Shown one piece after another: positions 24,599-38,200 of a stretch of 64,000 bases of DNA (position 1 is the first letter of the stretch; every line of letters begins with the position of its first letter). Location of the stretch: contig JAPETS010000066.1 in the NCBI GenBank assembly GCA_026023565.1, positions 1 through 64,000 of the forward strand, given 5' to 3'. The notes under the pieces were generated by a model. That model was not told where the DNA came from, ran no database searches, and saw only the letters and a program-made list of their open reading frames with translations. A program made the translations under genes and the position numbers. The stretch is from Cirrosporium novae-zelandiae. Lineage: Eukaryota.

Positions 24599-24844
24599 TG
24601 TGTTGGTGGATGGGTGGGGTTGTTTTGGGGGGATAGGTGGGGATTTGTGGGTTTTTTGTGGGTATGGGGGTTGTGTGGGATTGTGTTTTTGTGGGTGTGT
24701 GTTTTTGTGGGGTTGGTGTAGATGTGTGGGTGATATAGAGGAAGAGGAGGTAGGGGTGTTGTATATATAGGGATAGTTGAACAATGGGGCCATTGTTTGG
24801 AGTCATTTGGTGGATAAAGAGGGCCGTGGGGTGGAGGAAGGTCA

Positions 24845-24886
24845 TTGTCGTTGTTGTTGTTGTTGTTGTTGTTGTCGTTGTTGTCG
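24845..24886. repeat. (TTG/CAA)n microsatellite
   Basis: ttgtcgttgttgttgttgttgttgttgttgtcgttgttgtcg. Confidence 0.9.
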
Positions 24887-25501
24887 TGGTGGATTATTCG
24901 GTGGGGATAAAGAAAGGTTTAGTTTGCACACAAAGGGCATTGAATAAAAGAATAAAAGAATGAATGAGTGGAAGAAAGAGAAAAAGAAAGTGATAGTATT
25001 TGCCACTGTCATTTCTATACAATACATGAAGATAACGCTTTAGGATTATTGGTTCCTCTTTTTTCTTTCATTGTCTTCTTTTATCCTTGGTTCGAGGGAG
25101 GAGGGATTGGATTGGAAGGTCACATTTCAAAATAATCTATTAATTAGTTTTAGTGATTATCCCATTGCAATTGTTTTTCTTTCATTTGGGTCCTTGAACC
25201 TTGTCTGTTTCTAGGTCCTGGTGTTTTATACGCCTCGCTTTGTGGCATTATACTTACAGCTCCGATTTCCAGTGCCCCGTTTCGGACCGTCACTGTGTAG
25301 ATAGTTGGTGATTGGACAATTGGGAGCTAACCGATTGTCATGCTTGATTAGACATCTAGCCAGTGCTCGAATTTTCGCTTTTCCTGGGGGAGAATAAAAG
25401 GCTTGGTAGACATTCAAGGACGCACACAAAGACTTTCCAGCTTTTGATGTGATGATATACACTTCCTAAAATCTGGTACAAATTGTTTAAACCCGTGACC
25501 C

Positions 25502-27719
25502 TCATGGAGGTAGTTCCAAATTGTTTAGAAACCCATTCCAGTCCATATTGAGATCATCCGAGCCAGCCAGCGGCTGCCAGAATTGTCCAGACGATATGGA
25601 AAAGTCCTGCCATGGCTGGAATTCCAACCCGGATGGAAAATCATTAAAGGAAAGCGGAGGTGTTAAGTTAAGTTCGAGACTGTCCGACGGGATTGATGCC
25701 TGGAGAGATTTTGGAGTGGCCTGATGGCCATCAGCAAAGCTTTTTCCTTTTCCGATAGTGATGGCGCCGACATATGGGATAACGCATCTTATGAACTGGT
25801 CGCTGCAATCGGGATCGTACTCTTTAGATTTATTAAAGGTATCGAGGACCCTCACTGCCTGAGCTGCAACACCGCTGCCTCTTGTGACAGAGACTTCTCT
25901 TAGATGACATGAGATTCTAGAGATGGTTTCCCAATCTTTTGTCCTTTGTATATCGGTAGTAGAGGTAACTGTGTTTGCTGATGCCAAGCGATCCAAAACT
26001 AGTATCATTGAGCCTATAAAGACCAAGAATTCTACAGCGGTTAGTTACAAGGGCCAATTATAGAAAAAGATATTTAAACTTACCAGTAATTCTACAAACT
26101 TGTTTATCATTTCCTCGCTGTGCTCGGAGGGTCTCGTAAGTCAAGAGCATGTTTCTAGAGGCATCCAAGGCTGCAATTCTAGAGAATTCGTAACGCGGAT
26201 CCGTAATGCTCTTTAACATAAAGGGCAGATGAAGCAGAACCTTCAGATGATAAAACCAGAGTTTCGTAGCAAAGTTATCATTGATTTCTTTGATAGATGA
26301 TAATGAGGCAGCAGACGCTGACCACCAATCGGGAGAGTGGAAGCTTTTACTATCTTCTAGTTCCTGATCAACTTGAAGAGTCTTCGAGAACGAAAGGCCA
26401 GAAGGATCCTGGTCTCTATCTATTATCTGCCCAGCGATCATGCCAAGTTGGTTCCAGTAGTTCCCTTGCATCAGAGCATTTACATCGATATGAGTGAAAG
26501 CAAATGAAGCAGGGAGCCCAAGCAAAGCACCCATAAATGTCTGACAGCGGAAGAAATAGGCGAAGAGTTCCTTCTTACATCCAGTGGTGTCATCCTTCCA
26601 AACTGCTGGACGATTAAGCCCAAGAAGCTGACATAGAGACATCGCACGGCAATATGTAAGGTATGCCTTTCGAGGTTTTCCAGCATTCATGTAGTATTTC
26701 CCAATAAGTTTTATACTATCGAAGCCTGCAGTTGAGGCGGCGAGAGCATCGTTGGTCCTCAACAATGTATCAATGGATTCCAGAATGTGTTCTGCAAGGG
26801 CTTGGGGCGAACAAGATAGGCACATATAGCTGAAGTTAACGTCTGAAGGCAGCTGCTGCAAGCATAGGGTAATACAGAGTAAAGACCTCATCACGACACT
26901 GGGATTGGTGTCCTTTAAAGTATCCGCAATGTAATGGCTTAAGACCTTGGTATTATGTTCCATATGAAACCCCTTCTCTTGTGCTTCTTCGGCGGTGCTT
27001 AGCTGTACGCCACCTAGTGCCGAGAACATGGCCAAAAACGAGTTGTCGGTAGCATCGATGAGAGTAGATAGATCGTGTGGGCTAGGTAAGAAAGATTTTA
27101 ATATTCCCAGGACTTTGCGTTCCTTATCATTTATCAATACCAAGGATTCTGTGGCGTCCGGTATTTCAATTTCAGGCTGCCCATTGCCTTTTTGACATAT
27201 TACAGAGTTGTTGAACAGCGAGAGCACTGGGGCACTACAATTGCGGCTGTCTGGAGTCAAAGAAGTCTCGGATATGGTGATGGGTGGGCTGAGACCAGCG
27301 GAGATGTCTACAGTCACACTCTTCTGAACAGTTTCCCCTCTGGGTTGGGTCTGGTTTGACATATATATAGATGGTAACAATTCAGAGCGTAGACTCTTCA
27401 GGGCTTCAACAGCGCCACGTTCGGATGTGTTGAGACTGTGGTTTCCAGCATCTAGCCTTTGTAGGATTTGGCTAACCTGATCTTCCAATTCACCCACTCT
27501 CTCCCGCAGGTTTTTCCTCTTGTCAAATGCATATATCTTTGCATCTCCAAGTGCTTGGCCTAAGCAATGGATTCCTTTAATACTGCATTCATCGCAAGCC
27601 TGGGCTTCTGGTTTGTAGGTACACCGAATTTTACGACGACGGCATTCAAGGCAGGACTTGGTTCCCTTGCGCATTCGCTTTCGTGGATGACCGCTCGGGT
27701 CTTCTGAGGATTCAGACAT
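25502..27719 (-). CDS. Zn(II)2Cys6 fungal transcription factor; one intron (~26082-26032)
   Basis: RKRMRKGTKSCLECRRRKIRCTYKPEAQACDECSIKGIHC binuclear cluster followed by a coiled coil and a middle homology region (LLHLPFML). Confidence 0.93.
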
Positions 27720-28920
27720 ATTTAGCAAATGAAATAAAAGGTCTTAAGTTGGAATCAGTAGTAACTTCATTTTTTTCTGAAGATTTGATGCTCGCTGATT
27801 CTGATCAATGGCGAAATGTTGGTAGGCTACCAATAGCCCTTGGCCTTAACAATAAATCATCTAAAACCGAACGGGGGATAATAATAAGCACTAAAAGCTA
27901 ACGTCATGAGAACTCTATTCTCAGAACTCTTTACTTTTTCTTCAATTATTAGATACCTACCTAGGTATAGACTATATCTTATAACATGTTTAATTATATA
28001 TATTTTGTATGAGGGCAACACCTCGGCTATAGGCAGAGTGATAAGGACAATAATATAACTAGGATTATATTCGCATGTGAGACGCAAAGGATGATGATAA
28101 GTTAGAAATAATTTTGTTTGAAGGACTCCCCAGGATCACTTTTCTAGTTCCATCTTTGGGTCTGGTCGCTTTCATTTCTACCCGTCGAGCATACTTGACA
28201 TTTTTTTCGATGCAGTAGCCTGCAGCTCCAAGGCTAGAGGCTGCTTGTCTGGTTTAATTCTCGTGGATGAAGGCTTGAGCAACAGCTAGGCCTTGATCGA
28301 GGCTACTGAATAGAGAGTTCGGGATCCAGGCATTACGGAAGGAGACCATGGTATGATTTATTGGCATGTTGAATGCCCATTCATAGCTTTGACCTTTGAC
28401 TCCTGGGCCATTAGCAGGAGCGAGGCCTTGGTCTCCAGATGCATCGCATCACTGCTATGAGATGTTCTCGAACAGCCGCCATTCATAAGTTTCCTCCACC
28501 TTGTTCATCATATTCTTTCGCAAGCAAGAATCGGTAAAAACTAGCATTGCTAGCTCTTCGATGACAGTCTAAGCATGTTCACGACGATGATCAAAGTAGC
28601 CATTGTTATCGTCAGAACGTCACAAGGGTCGATTTCGCGAATAATGAAAGCATCCAAATTACCCAGGAACTCGGTACGCATAGGAGCAAGGTCAAAGTTC
28701 ATGGTCATCTGTAAAATATGAAGAAAGGAAGCTCCTCAAGCTAATAGTGCATGCATGGTTAGGCCAAGACTGTGGGGGAAGCGGTGTTAAAAGAGTACTC
28801 GAGTGCTTGGGAGAATAGTGGCCTGTAGAGGGCAGGCACGGCAAGTTGTAGCAACGGGCCGGAGCGCTGATAGCGTTGGGCATTCACTTGGCGATGGAAA
28901 ATCTCAGTTTCAATTGCGGT

Positions 28921-29003
28921 GGAGAAAAGTCGGAAAAGATGGAAAAGCCGGAAAAGCTGGAAAAGCTGGAAAAGATGAGAAAGATACTCCGGATAAATAT
29001 CCG
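28921..29003. promoter_or_regulatory. 9-bp tandem repeats (YGGAAAAGM) plus inverted CGG-N8-CCG site in the TF/MFS divergent promoter
   Basis: cggaaaaga tggaaaagc cggaaaagc tggaaaagc tggaaaaga tgagaaaga, then CGGATA-AA-TATCCG at 28990-29003. Confidence 0.55.
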
Positions 29004-29491
29004 ATATGCATATTTTCATGACTTTATAGATTATTGGTCAAAACCATATTTGTTAATCTGACAAATCAGAAAGCTTTGATTCCATTTTTCCGGCTCCGTT
29101 CTTCGGGCAAGCTCCTAAAGGGTGGAAACCAACAATTCAGCACCAACGTCCATTACCATTTTATTGACTCAGTGGATGAAAAAGCAATGACCGACTTTTT
29201 AATACAATTCGAAGCAGTACGGATATCCTGGACCATAATATGGCCTCAGTCGCTCTTCTTCATTCCTCTTCTCTCTTTTTCCCTCTATCTCTCCCTTTTT
29301 CTTTGTTGGCCTCGTTTTTTGCAACAATTTCCAATCTACACTAAGTTAGATTGATTTAGAAAGAACTGTTGAAAATTTCTCTACTTGATGTTATCTATAT
29401 AAATAATAGACGGTAGGGACATATTTCTAGAGCTCATCTCCTGAATATTGTAATGCACCCAACAATCAGATCTCTCCTACACGTTTGAATC

Positions 29492-31260
29492 ATGAACCCC
29501 AACACCAACAAGTCCACCTTCCCCAGAGAGAATATCGATATCGACTCAAACCATTCACATGGAAATGCTTCCTGTGACCTAGACGATATTGAAAAAGTCA
29601 ACACGCGCGAAACTGCTCGACAAAATGAGCTCGATCATATCCCCAGCCATATCTCGGCCCAGGATATACATGCTGTAGCTGTCGAACGAGAACGCCATGG
29701 AGAATATGATATGGATGAAACAATCTACCAGAAATTCTCCCCGCACCGAAAGACCATCATTTGTGCCGTGGTATCTTTTTGTGGGTTGCTGGCCCCTATA
29801 TCTTCCACGTCAATTTTATCAGCTATTCCAGAAGTCACATCTACATTTCATACGAAAGCTTCAGTGACTGACTTGACCAATGCATTCTATATGTTGGCCA
29901 TGGGAATCTCGCCTACAATCTGGGGCCCATTGAGTCAAATCTATGGTCGAAGATGGGTAAGCAAATGAGCACTTATCCCTTCCAATCCTATTTCCCACGT
30001 TTCTTTCACTTATACTTTTGCTAAATGTACTATTAGATATGTATATACACCGCATCTCTTTTTACAGTTTTCAACATTTGTACAGCTGTCTCACCAAATC
30101 TCCCGGCTTTTTTCGTCTTCCGAATCCTCACTGCTCTTCAAGGAACATCCTTCCTTACCATGGGTGCCTCAATCATCGGCGACATCTACAAGCCCACAGA
30201 GCGTGCTACGGCGATGGGATGGTTCCTCTCTGGCACTCTCATTGGCCCTGCGTTTGGTCCTTTCATCGGTGGCATCATTGTTACTTTCCGCTCTTGGCGC
30301 GTCATCTTCTGGCTCCAAACCGCACTCGGTGGCCTCGGGACAATCCTCGTTGTCATATTCCTCCCAGAAACAATTCACTATGCCAAATGTGACGAACTTG
30401 TCGGTCTTCCTCCAAAACGAAAATTCCGCAAGTTAGCACAATGGACATCGCCATGGCGTGTGATAGCTCTTTTCTCCTATCCCAATATTATTGCGGCAGG
30501 ATTTGCCTCTTCTTCTCTTACCTGGAACATGTATAGTCTTTTGACACCTATCCGCTACGTTCTGAACCCTCGCTTCAATCTCACCTCGCCCTTACAATCT
30601 GGCCTTTTCTACCTTGCCCCGGGTTGCGGGTACCTCCTTGGAACATTCTTTGGTGGAAGATACGCGGACTATTGGGTTAAGAAATACCTTAAGAGGCGTA
30701 ACGGTGAACGTGTTCCGGAGGACCGGTTGAATTCCTGTTTACCGTTCATGGGCATCGTTATTCCAGGCTGCATGCTTGTATATGGCTGGGCAGTCGAGAA
30801 GGCAGTAGGTGGCATTCCTCTTGTTGTCATTGTGATGTTCGCGCAGGGGGTAGCACAGTTGTTCTGCTTTCCTAGCCTTAACACTTACTGCGTTGATGTG
30901 ATGCAAAGTCGTAGTGGAGAAGTTGTCGCTGGGAACTATGTTATTAGATATCTCTTTGCATGCCTTGGAACTGCATTGGTATTACCTGCTGTTGAAAGCA
31001 TAGGTGTTGGTTGGTTCAGCACGATTTCGGCTGCCTTCGTTTGTGGCAGCGCCATTTTACTTTGGACGACGACCATCTATGGCAAAGCATGGAGAGAGAA
31101 GACAAATGCAAGGAAAGAAAGAAAGAGGAAAGCAAGGGTAGCCAAGAAGCTTGAAAGAGCACAGCCTTCGTCATCACCTTCCTCGTCTTCAGCTTCTTCC
31201 TCTACGGATGATGTGAGAATGGAAACAACTCAACAACAGGTGGGTGAAAAGGTCCAATAG
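29492..31260 (+). CDS. MFS transporter, DHA1 drug:H+ antiporter family (Dtr1/Qdr-like); intron 29957-30037
   Basis: WGPLSQIYGRR, IIGDIYKPTERATAMGWFLSGTLIGPAFGPFIGG, WRVIFW, FLPET, PEDRL; many hydrophobic TM segments. Confidence 0.93.
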
Positions 31261-31952
31261 ATGGTATAAGTAAAGATGTCAGCATGAAGATATATGCTAT
31301 GGATATGAAGGTCAAAAAGAAAATATACAGCGGAATATGGAAAAATCTACTCCGTTAGAATATAATATAGATACTCAAGGCGGAGTTGGCATTGGCTTGA
31401 AAGAATTTTAATGAATGGGAAAGCGAGCGCAATGGGTTTGGCATAGAAAGTACTCTGATGATAATCGGTTTGGGATACATGATTATTATTCTATTGTATA
31501 TTTAATAACATAGAAGAATTGATGAATGAAGTATGAGATGATAATTTATTTAGTGTTGCCTTAATTCTTAATTGCATGTACAGTTTGTAAATGTTCCGAG
31601 TGCGAGTGCGAGGTTGGACCCGAAAACCTTAAGTAAAGGCCGCCGCCGGAGGTCGGCTGTCCCATTCGGAATTTAAGGTCAAAAGCCGAGAGCGGGCCCT
31701 GGCAACCTGGAGCCTGGGGACCTACACTACAAAGGCCGCCGTACAAATCAATTCAGACACTCCGCCTTTCCACTGCTGACTTGACTCTGAACTGCCCTGG
31801 ATCTCTTTTTCTCTTTTTCTCTTCTCTTACTTTGTCTTCCCACCCCATAATGGAAGATAGCTAGTTGTTGTTTATACCATTCTTTCAACATCTTCATCTC
31901 TGTTGTTTCTACTCCGACTGCTATTTAGGTGACATCATCAATTTTTGACAAA

Positions 31953-34715
31953 ATGTTCCGTGCTGGGACATCGTTGCTGGCAAGGACTTTGGGGAGGGTA
32001 GAGCCAAATGCTTCCACACAGTCTCTAGACTCATTGGCTGAGTTGCAATCCTGTGAGCAATATCATACTTCATAGTAGAGCTGTGTACTGATGACTTCAA
32101 TAGTAGAGTCTGCTATGCGCGGTATTATCCCCCATGTTCGTCCTATTCGTTCTATCAATGTTCGCAACAAATTCAAATAAATCCCATCTTCATCTTGCCA
32201 TGCAAGCTTGCATAAACCAACCTTTTCTCCTTCCTAGAGGTCCTTCGCATACGCTTCTACCTTCGCCACTTTGCCCGGGCTGGTTCAGACTTAGTTTGGC
32301 TTGTTCCGGACATTGCAAGTCCCCAGAACCTCATACTGACTACTATTTTCAGCTGCGGCGCAAATAATGAATGACGATGTAGACGCAGCTGAGGAAGGAT
32401 TAAGCCATGGAAACTCTTCTTTTCATAAGGTACGATTACCGCTAGAGTTGAAAGCCCAGGAGAAAAAGGCTGGGGATTTACCGAGGGCTGACACTTCGAT
32501 GGTTTTTATAGCTTGGAAAGGGTCTAGTAGCTTTTATTAGAGCTACGTTGGGGTTTGAACAGGAGATTATGCGTGAAGGTTTGGAATTTCAATGTGGGCT
32601 TTTGATGTGTGGACATTGACGGTGTGTTTCTGTGTCTCATAGCTTCTGAACGGTTAGCCGACGCGGAAGCAGCAGCAAGTCACGACCATCGTCGAATCCA
32701 GCGTGATGCCAATGCCTTTCGATCTTCCATATATCCCCCAGGTGCCGAATTGGCCCTTTGCCATGCTATGTCACAATTAATGAGCGCTGTCGTCGGAGTA
32801 CTTAATGAGAGCCTAACGGAGAGTATAAAAGGATTTTACAAATTAAGGAAAGCTTATATGACTTTGGAATCTATATTGGACGCCGAAAGCACCTTTATGA
32901 AATCTCAGTCAGAGCCACGTCTGGCGAAGGAAAGGACATCGATGGAATCATTTACATCGAGTCATTCATCTCCTTCGCTCAGAGTACCGGGAGCCTTTGA
33001 TGAGATTGAATCTGAAAATCCATCAGGGAAAGCATCCCCCAAGTCCATTAACGGAGAAGGGAACGGGAAGTCTGGTGCTAGTGCTCCAGGAGAAGATGAA
33101 TTCTTTGATGCAAGTGAAGCAAAACAAGGTGAAATAACACCTGAAACTTACGAGGGAAACATTGATATCAAGAACATTGAAGAGAAAACAGCCGCGCTCT
33201 CTATAGAACCCCAGCCTTTGGTGTCATCAACATTCAGCAAGCCTCCCACAATACCTAAAAAAAATGCACTTCTAATTGACTACAATCCCGATTCCGAGAT
33301 TTTCGCCAACCCCATTGACGTCTTTATCCACTCGGGAGCAAATCTCTGTTTCGGGATTCTCCTTATCATGATCTCTATGATCCCTCCTGCGTTTGGGAAA
33401 CTCCTTTTCATTATCGGCTTTAAAGGCGATAGGGAACGGGGCTTGCGTATGCTCTGGCAATCGAGTAAATTTCACAACATTAGTGGTGCAATGGCTGGTC
33501 TCGTTCTTCTTGCTTACTATAACGGACTTTCCAGCTTCTGTGATATTCTGCCAGATCCTCCTGCCGATGATGAAGATAACCCAGAAGGTTACCCCAAAGA
33601 GAGGTGTCACGCACTGCTAGCAGACCTAAGAGAAAGGTTTCCAAGGAGCAAGCTCTGGCTGTTAGAAGAAGCACGAATGAAGGCAGCAAATAAGAGTTTG
33701 GATACTGCATTAACTTTGCTTAGAGGAGATCTTAAGAGTCCATTAAAACAGGTAGAGGCATTGGGGGTTTTCGAGAAGAGCTTGGATTCGATGTATGCGC
33801 ATCGATATCAAGAATCCGCAGACTCTTTCTTGGAAGTAAGTTTTTCACCCCCGTTCGCCAAGTTTAAAGCCTCTAACCTCCTCTTCTTAGTGCATGAAAA
33901 TAAACACCTGGTCCCACGCTCTCTACTACTACATAGCAGGAATCAATCATCTCGCCCTCTACCGACAATACTCGGCACGCTCTTCAACCCCAAACCCCAA
34001 ACTAGCCTCCAACCACGCCAAGCTCGCCACCAAATTCCTGCAGACGGCACCCACCCACGCCGGCAAAAAGCGATTCATGGCGCGCCAGCTCCCCTTCGAC
34101 GTCTTCGTGGCCCGCAAGGTCGAAAAATGGTCCACCCGCGCCAAAGACCGTGGTATCGACTTCATAGATGCAGCTGGCGTCTCCCCAGTCATAGAAATGA
34201 TATTCCTCTGGAACGGTCTTAAACGAATGACGCCAGAACTCCTCCAAAAGTGTCTTGACGCCCTTTTCTACGACACACACTCCCCAACCTGGGACCAAGA
34301 AGATAAAGACGAAAAAGCTCTTGAAGCTCTCATCCGCGCTTCCGTGACCCGACATCTCGGCCACCCAGCGGACGCCCGCGCGATCCTCACAGCCGAAGTA
34401 ATGGACATCGACCGCAAAGAATTCAAAGGCCCCGGAAAGGACGACTGGGTGCAGCCATCCGCGTGCTTCGAAATCGCAGCCACGCATTGGGAGGAGAAGG
34501 ATCTTTCACCACCCAACTCATCCTCAACCCTCTTTCATCATCAAAGAGACATGGTCGCGAAAACTAAGGAGTGGACGGATAAAGCGTCGAATTGGGAGTC
34601 GTTTGAGCTCGAAGCCAGACTAGGAATGAAGTTTCGCGTTGCGTTGCAGACGGTGCAATGGTGGGAGGAGCGGAATGTGAATGTGATCTCGCATGCGCAT
34701 ACCACAGCCTTTTAG
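31953..34715 (+). CDS. IML2: Iml2/TTC39-family TPR protein; 6 exons including an 18-nt micro-exon 32104-32121
   Basis: [112 protein letters not shown]. Confidence 0.85.
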
Positions 34716-35289
34716 TTTTGCGGGGGGGCGGCAGGAAGAAGGAAGAATGGAAGAAAGAAGGAAGCAGTTGGCCGTGGGGAATCTTGATAAAAGAAGTGGT
34801 GTGAGAGGAAGAAGGGAAAGCATTAGATTTGTAAAATAAATTTCCTATGTTATGTGTTTTATTTTGGTATGGTTTGTTAAGTCAAGGGAAAGAAAGATCG
34901 GGTTGGGCTTCTTTAGAAACGGGGATTGGGGGGGGATGGGAAGGATATATATAGTACGCATGCATACATAGATATATGCGGAACAGGCATGAAAGACGGG
35001 GTTTAACCGTTATTTAACTTGATACAAGTAAGATAGAAGGGGTCGAGAAAAGGTAACTAAAGAAGAAAAAAACGATAATTACTTTAATAATATTTTGTTG
35101 TCAAAGAGGCTCTTCTCTCTTCTCCCCTCGTTTTCATAAGATTTCTTTTGGCGTGTTATTAGATAAAATGGAACCTACTCCAACTTTACCTACCTACAAA
35201 ACTAAAAAGCTAGTTTTTCTTTTTGGTTAGAAAAAAAAGAAAAAAAAAATCCCATGTTCATACAACAACTTAATCCAACCCAGAAAATC

Positions 35290-38200
35290 CTAACCGCCCC
35301 CAACCCCGATCCCATTCCCATTCCCACCAACACTACTCTCATCAATATCCATGCTCTCCAATCCCAAATCCTCCAACGCCCCCACAAACTCATACTTCCC
35401 CCCCTCAACCGCCGCCACCCGATCAAGCTCCTCCTGATACTCCCTCCTCAGATCCTCCAACGCAACGACCCTCCTCTTCCCTGGCGTCAACTTCATCCTC
35501 TCCTTCTCTTTATTATCCCTGAGAAGAGTTTTGTTTTCGAGGTCTTTGCCTAGGAGGGTGATTTCGCCGGAGCCGGCGGGACCTTGTTCGCGGAGGCGGG
35601 CGGGTTGGAGGTTTTGTTTTTGGGTGGAGGCGAGAGGGAGAGTCGGTGGTTGGGGGATGGTGACGTTGGCGGAGGAGGAGGATGTACTAGTAGTGGTGGG
35701 GAGGTCTTCAGCGAAGATCCAGGCTTGGTCTTTGGAGACGAGGGAGAGTAGGTTGATGATCGTCCTGTATTCCCTCAGGACCTCTTCTTCCGGGTTCTGG
35801 TCTTGGTCCGTGTTTCCTCGGATGCGCCGCTTTGTCCCTACACTTCGACGCCTTTTCCCGCCGAGGACAGGAAGACGTTGTAATCGGTCCCAGATTACTT
35901 CCGCGGCGCCTCGGAAATCTCCCCGCTTGATGCGGTAGGATGCTAGGACACGGTGCCATTCAGGCGCGGCATCTAGATCCAGGACTTTCTTCGCCAACCC
36001 TTCTAATGTGGTGTCGACGTGGTGATTTAGGATTTCGTTTGCGAAGGGAAGGGCTAGGAGTTCTGATGTCGCGTTGTGTGTCACCGTGTGTGTGATGAGG
36101 GATGTTAGGCATGATTTCTGCAGCGCCATGATGGGTATTTGGGAGAGTGCGGAATAAGCAAGGGTATAAGATTGGGTTTGGAGGGCAGAATTGAAGAGAC
36201 GGGAGAGAAGGTCTATTTTGTTTTGTGAGCGCTCGGTGGAAGAGGCTGTTGTGGACATTGGCGAGGATAGGAATTGAAGAGCCAAGTCGGCGAAAATGGA
36301 GACGTAGGAGTATGCGTGGTCGGATTCGAAGAGAGTTAGGATGTGCTGATAGTATTTTGAGAGACCATTATGGAAGTGGTCGACGTCGATTAAGGAGAGT
36401 AGGTCTGAACTCATTTCTCGGAGCTCACCCATGGCTTTTCCATGTGCCAGAACATACGCCGCTTGTTTGAAGGCTAGGGTTGCTCGGTCGTATTCTCCCC
36501 TCATCAAGTATAACCGCCCTTTCACATATGTGGACCAGGCTGTAGAGGGCTGAAATCGCAGGAATTCTGAGGCAAGAGATATGTTTTGGGTTTGGAGAAG
36601 GTTGCATTGGATATAGACAAGGGAATTGGAGAATGTGGTGGAGAGGACTGGGGATGACTTAGACCCAATTGTCCAAGCTATGAGTTCACGAATATTGTAG
36701 GTAAGGATGGACGTATACGGCTGATGGACGGGGGAAAGGGGTCGAACATCGTAGGCGAATAGATCAGAGAGAAGAGATATCTCTGGAGCAGTTGGCGAAG
36801 GGATTTGTTGGGAGGACGATGATGGTGATCGGTTAGGGGTGCCTCCCATTGAGGTAGAGACGTTTGGTCGTATAGTCTTTCGCCGAGTTGTCTTTGCGAG
36901 CCATTTCATGACCTCATGTTGCTTCAGGTACCCAAGGAACCCTTCAAATATTTCGGGGGCGTTGAATTTATCTATAGGCTCTCCACCATCTTGATGAATC
37001 TCAACTTCCACAAAAACAGCCAGTAGAAGTAAATCAAAAAGCATCCTCCAGGTCATGTAGATTGTCTCCTGCGCGCCATGGACAAGCACCTTTACACCAA
37101 ACTCGGTCGATCTTAACCTTGTTTCCCTACCCACAAAATCGAGAGGTAGTGTCTCAGCGATCTGATAGAAAAGATCGTTGCTCAAAACCCCATACCCGCC
37201 AAATGATCCTGCCCGTTTTGCGAGCTCATCATACATATCGTCACTGACATACTCAGCAAACCTGCATTGGTCGTAGAATCTTTGGATTCTAGTCAAAATT
37301 GAAAACGATGGTTCCTGCAAAACTTCAGATTCTAGGGCTATTCTACAGCTCTCCTGTAATTCCTCTGGAAAACTTTCTCGAAAAGCGGCCGCAAGATTCA
37401 CAAGTCCAGAGAGTTTTTCTGGACTCTCAAGTAACCCATCCTCATATTGACGATGGTGTCGCCGCCGAAGTGTTTCTTGGGAATCTATGAGGATTTGAGG
37501 ACGATTATGAGCCAAAATTTCAGTACTGCTGCAATCTCGAATGGCACAGCATGAATCTGCAGTAATAACCCAAGGTAAATCAGCAAAGTGATCATAAGCC
37601 ATTGAGATTGGCTCATGTCTTCGTTTGTTCAAATCCTCGGCAATCCGCCAGAACTGCTGCCAATGAACTTGCGTATCGTCTCGAAAGCGTTCGTAGTCTA
37701 TTTCTGAATCTGCACGTCTTCGAATAGTTACAGCTGAGGCAACAGATGAGCAGATACGATCCTTTAATGATCTACCCTTAGTTGATTGTGAATCTTGGGA
37801 TGTTTGGGTTGCGTCCCTATAAATAGCTAGAGAAGTCTCCAAGACCGCATCGGTATATCGACCAGGAAATAAAATGTAGTCCATCCATTTCTCAGTTACA
37901 TCTTCAGGGTCAGTATCAGATATTACTGGTGTCGGGATGCTCGTTCCATGCTCCGGAGTACATCCCACCCAGTCATCCTCCCAGACCTCTGGAAGCTTTG
38001 TAAGATCAAATTTGAGCGTGAAGATCTTATAATTGGTGTCATATTTCCAGAGCATCCACATTTCCATTAGTCGTCCTTGTTCCATAGCCTTCACATCAAA
38101 GTCTGCCACAATCCAGAGAGGGTTGGACTGATCTGGGTCAGGAGGATACAGGGTCTGAGTCGGGTATAAGTCATCGATGTGCACAATACCACCATCAGGC

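Noticed and set aside
23490..24845. Several 60-175-aa ORFs in the low-complexity island
   Set aside because: Translations of poly-T/G tracts or antisense shadows; only 24377-24598 looks protein-like.
28921..28985. Short repeats as a CRISPR-like array or a coding KLE/GKA repeat (ORFs 28803-29021, 28876-29061)
   Set aside because: Contiguous 9-bp tandem units with no spacers in a eukaryotic promoter; the ORFs are by-products of the repeat.
31590..31790. GC-rich stretch ending AATTCAGACACTC, reminiscent of the RNase P RNA 3' conserved region
   Set aside because: No complementary GTCTGA/CR-I segment upstream to form P4; the position fits the IML2 promoter. An Infernal search would settle it.
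32122..32352. Long IML2 intron with an internal polypyrimidine-TAG (32237) as a stwintron
   Set aside because: No nested donor, and no donor is regenerated after hypothetical internal splicing.
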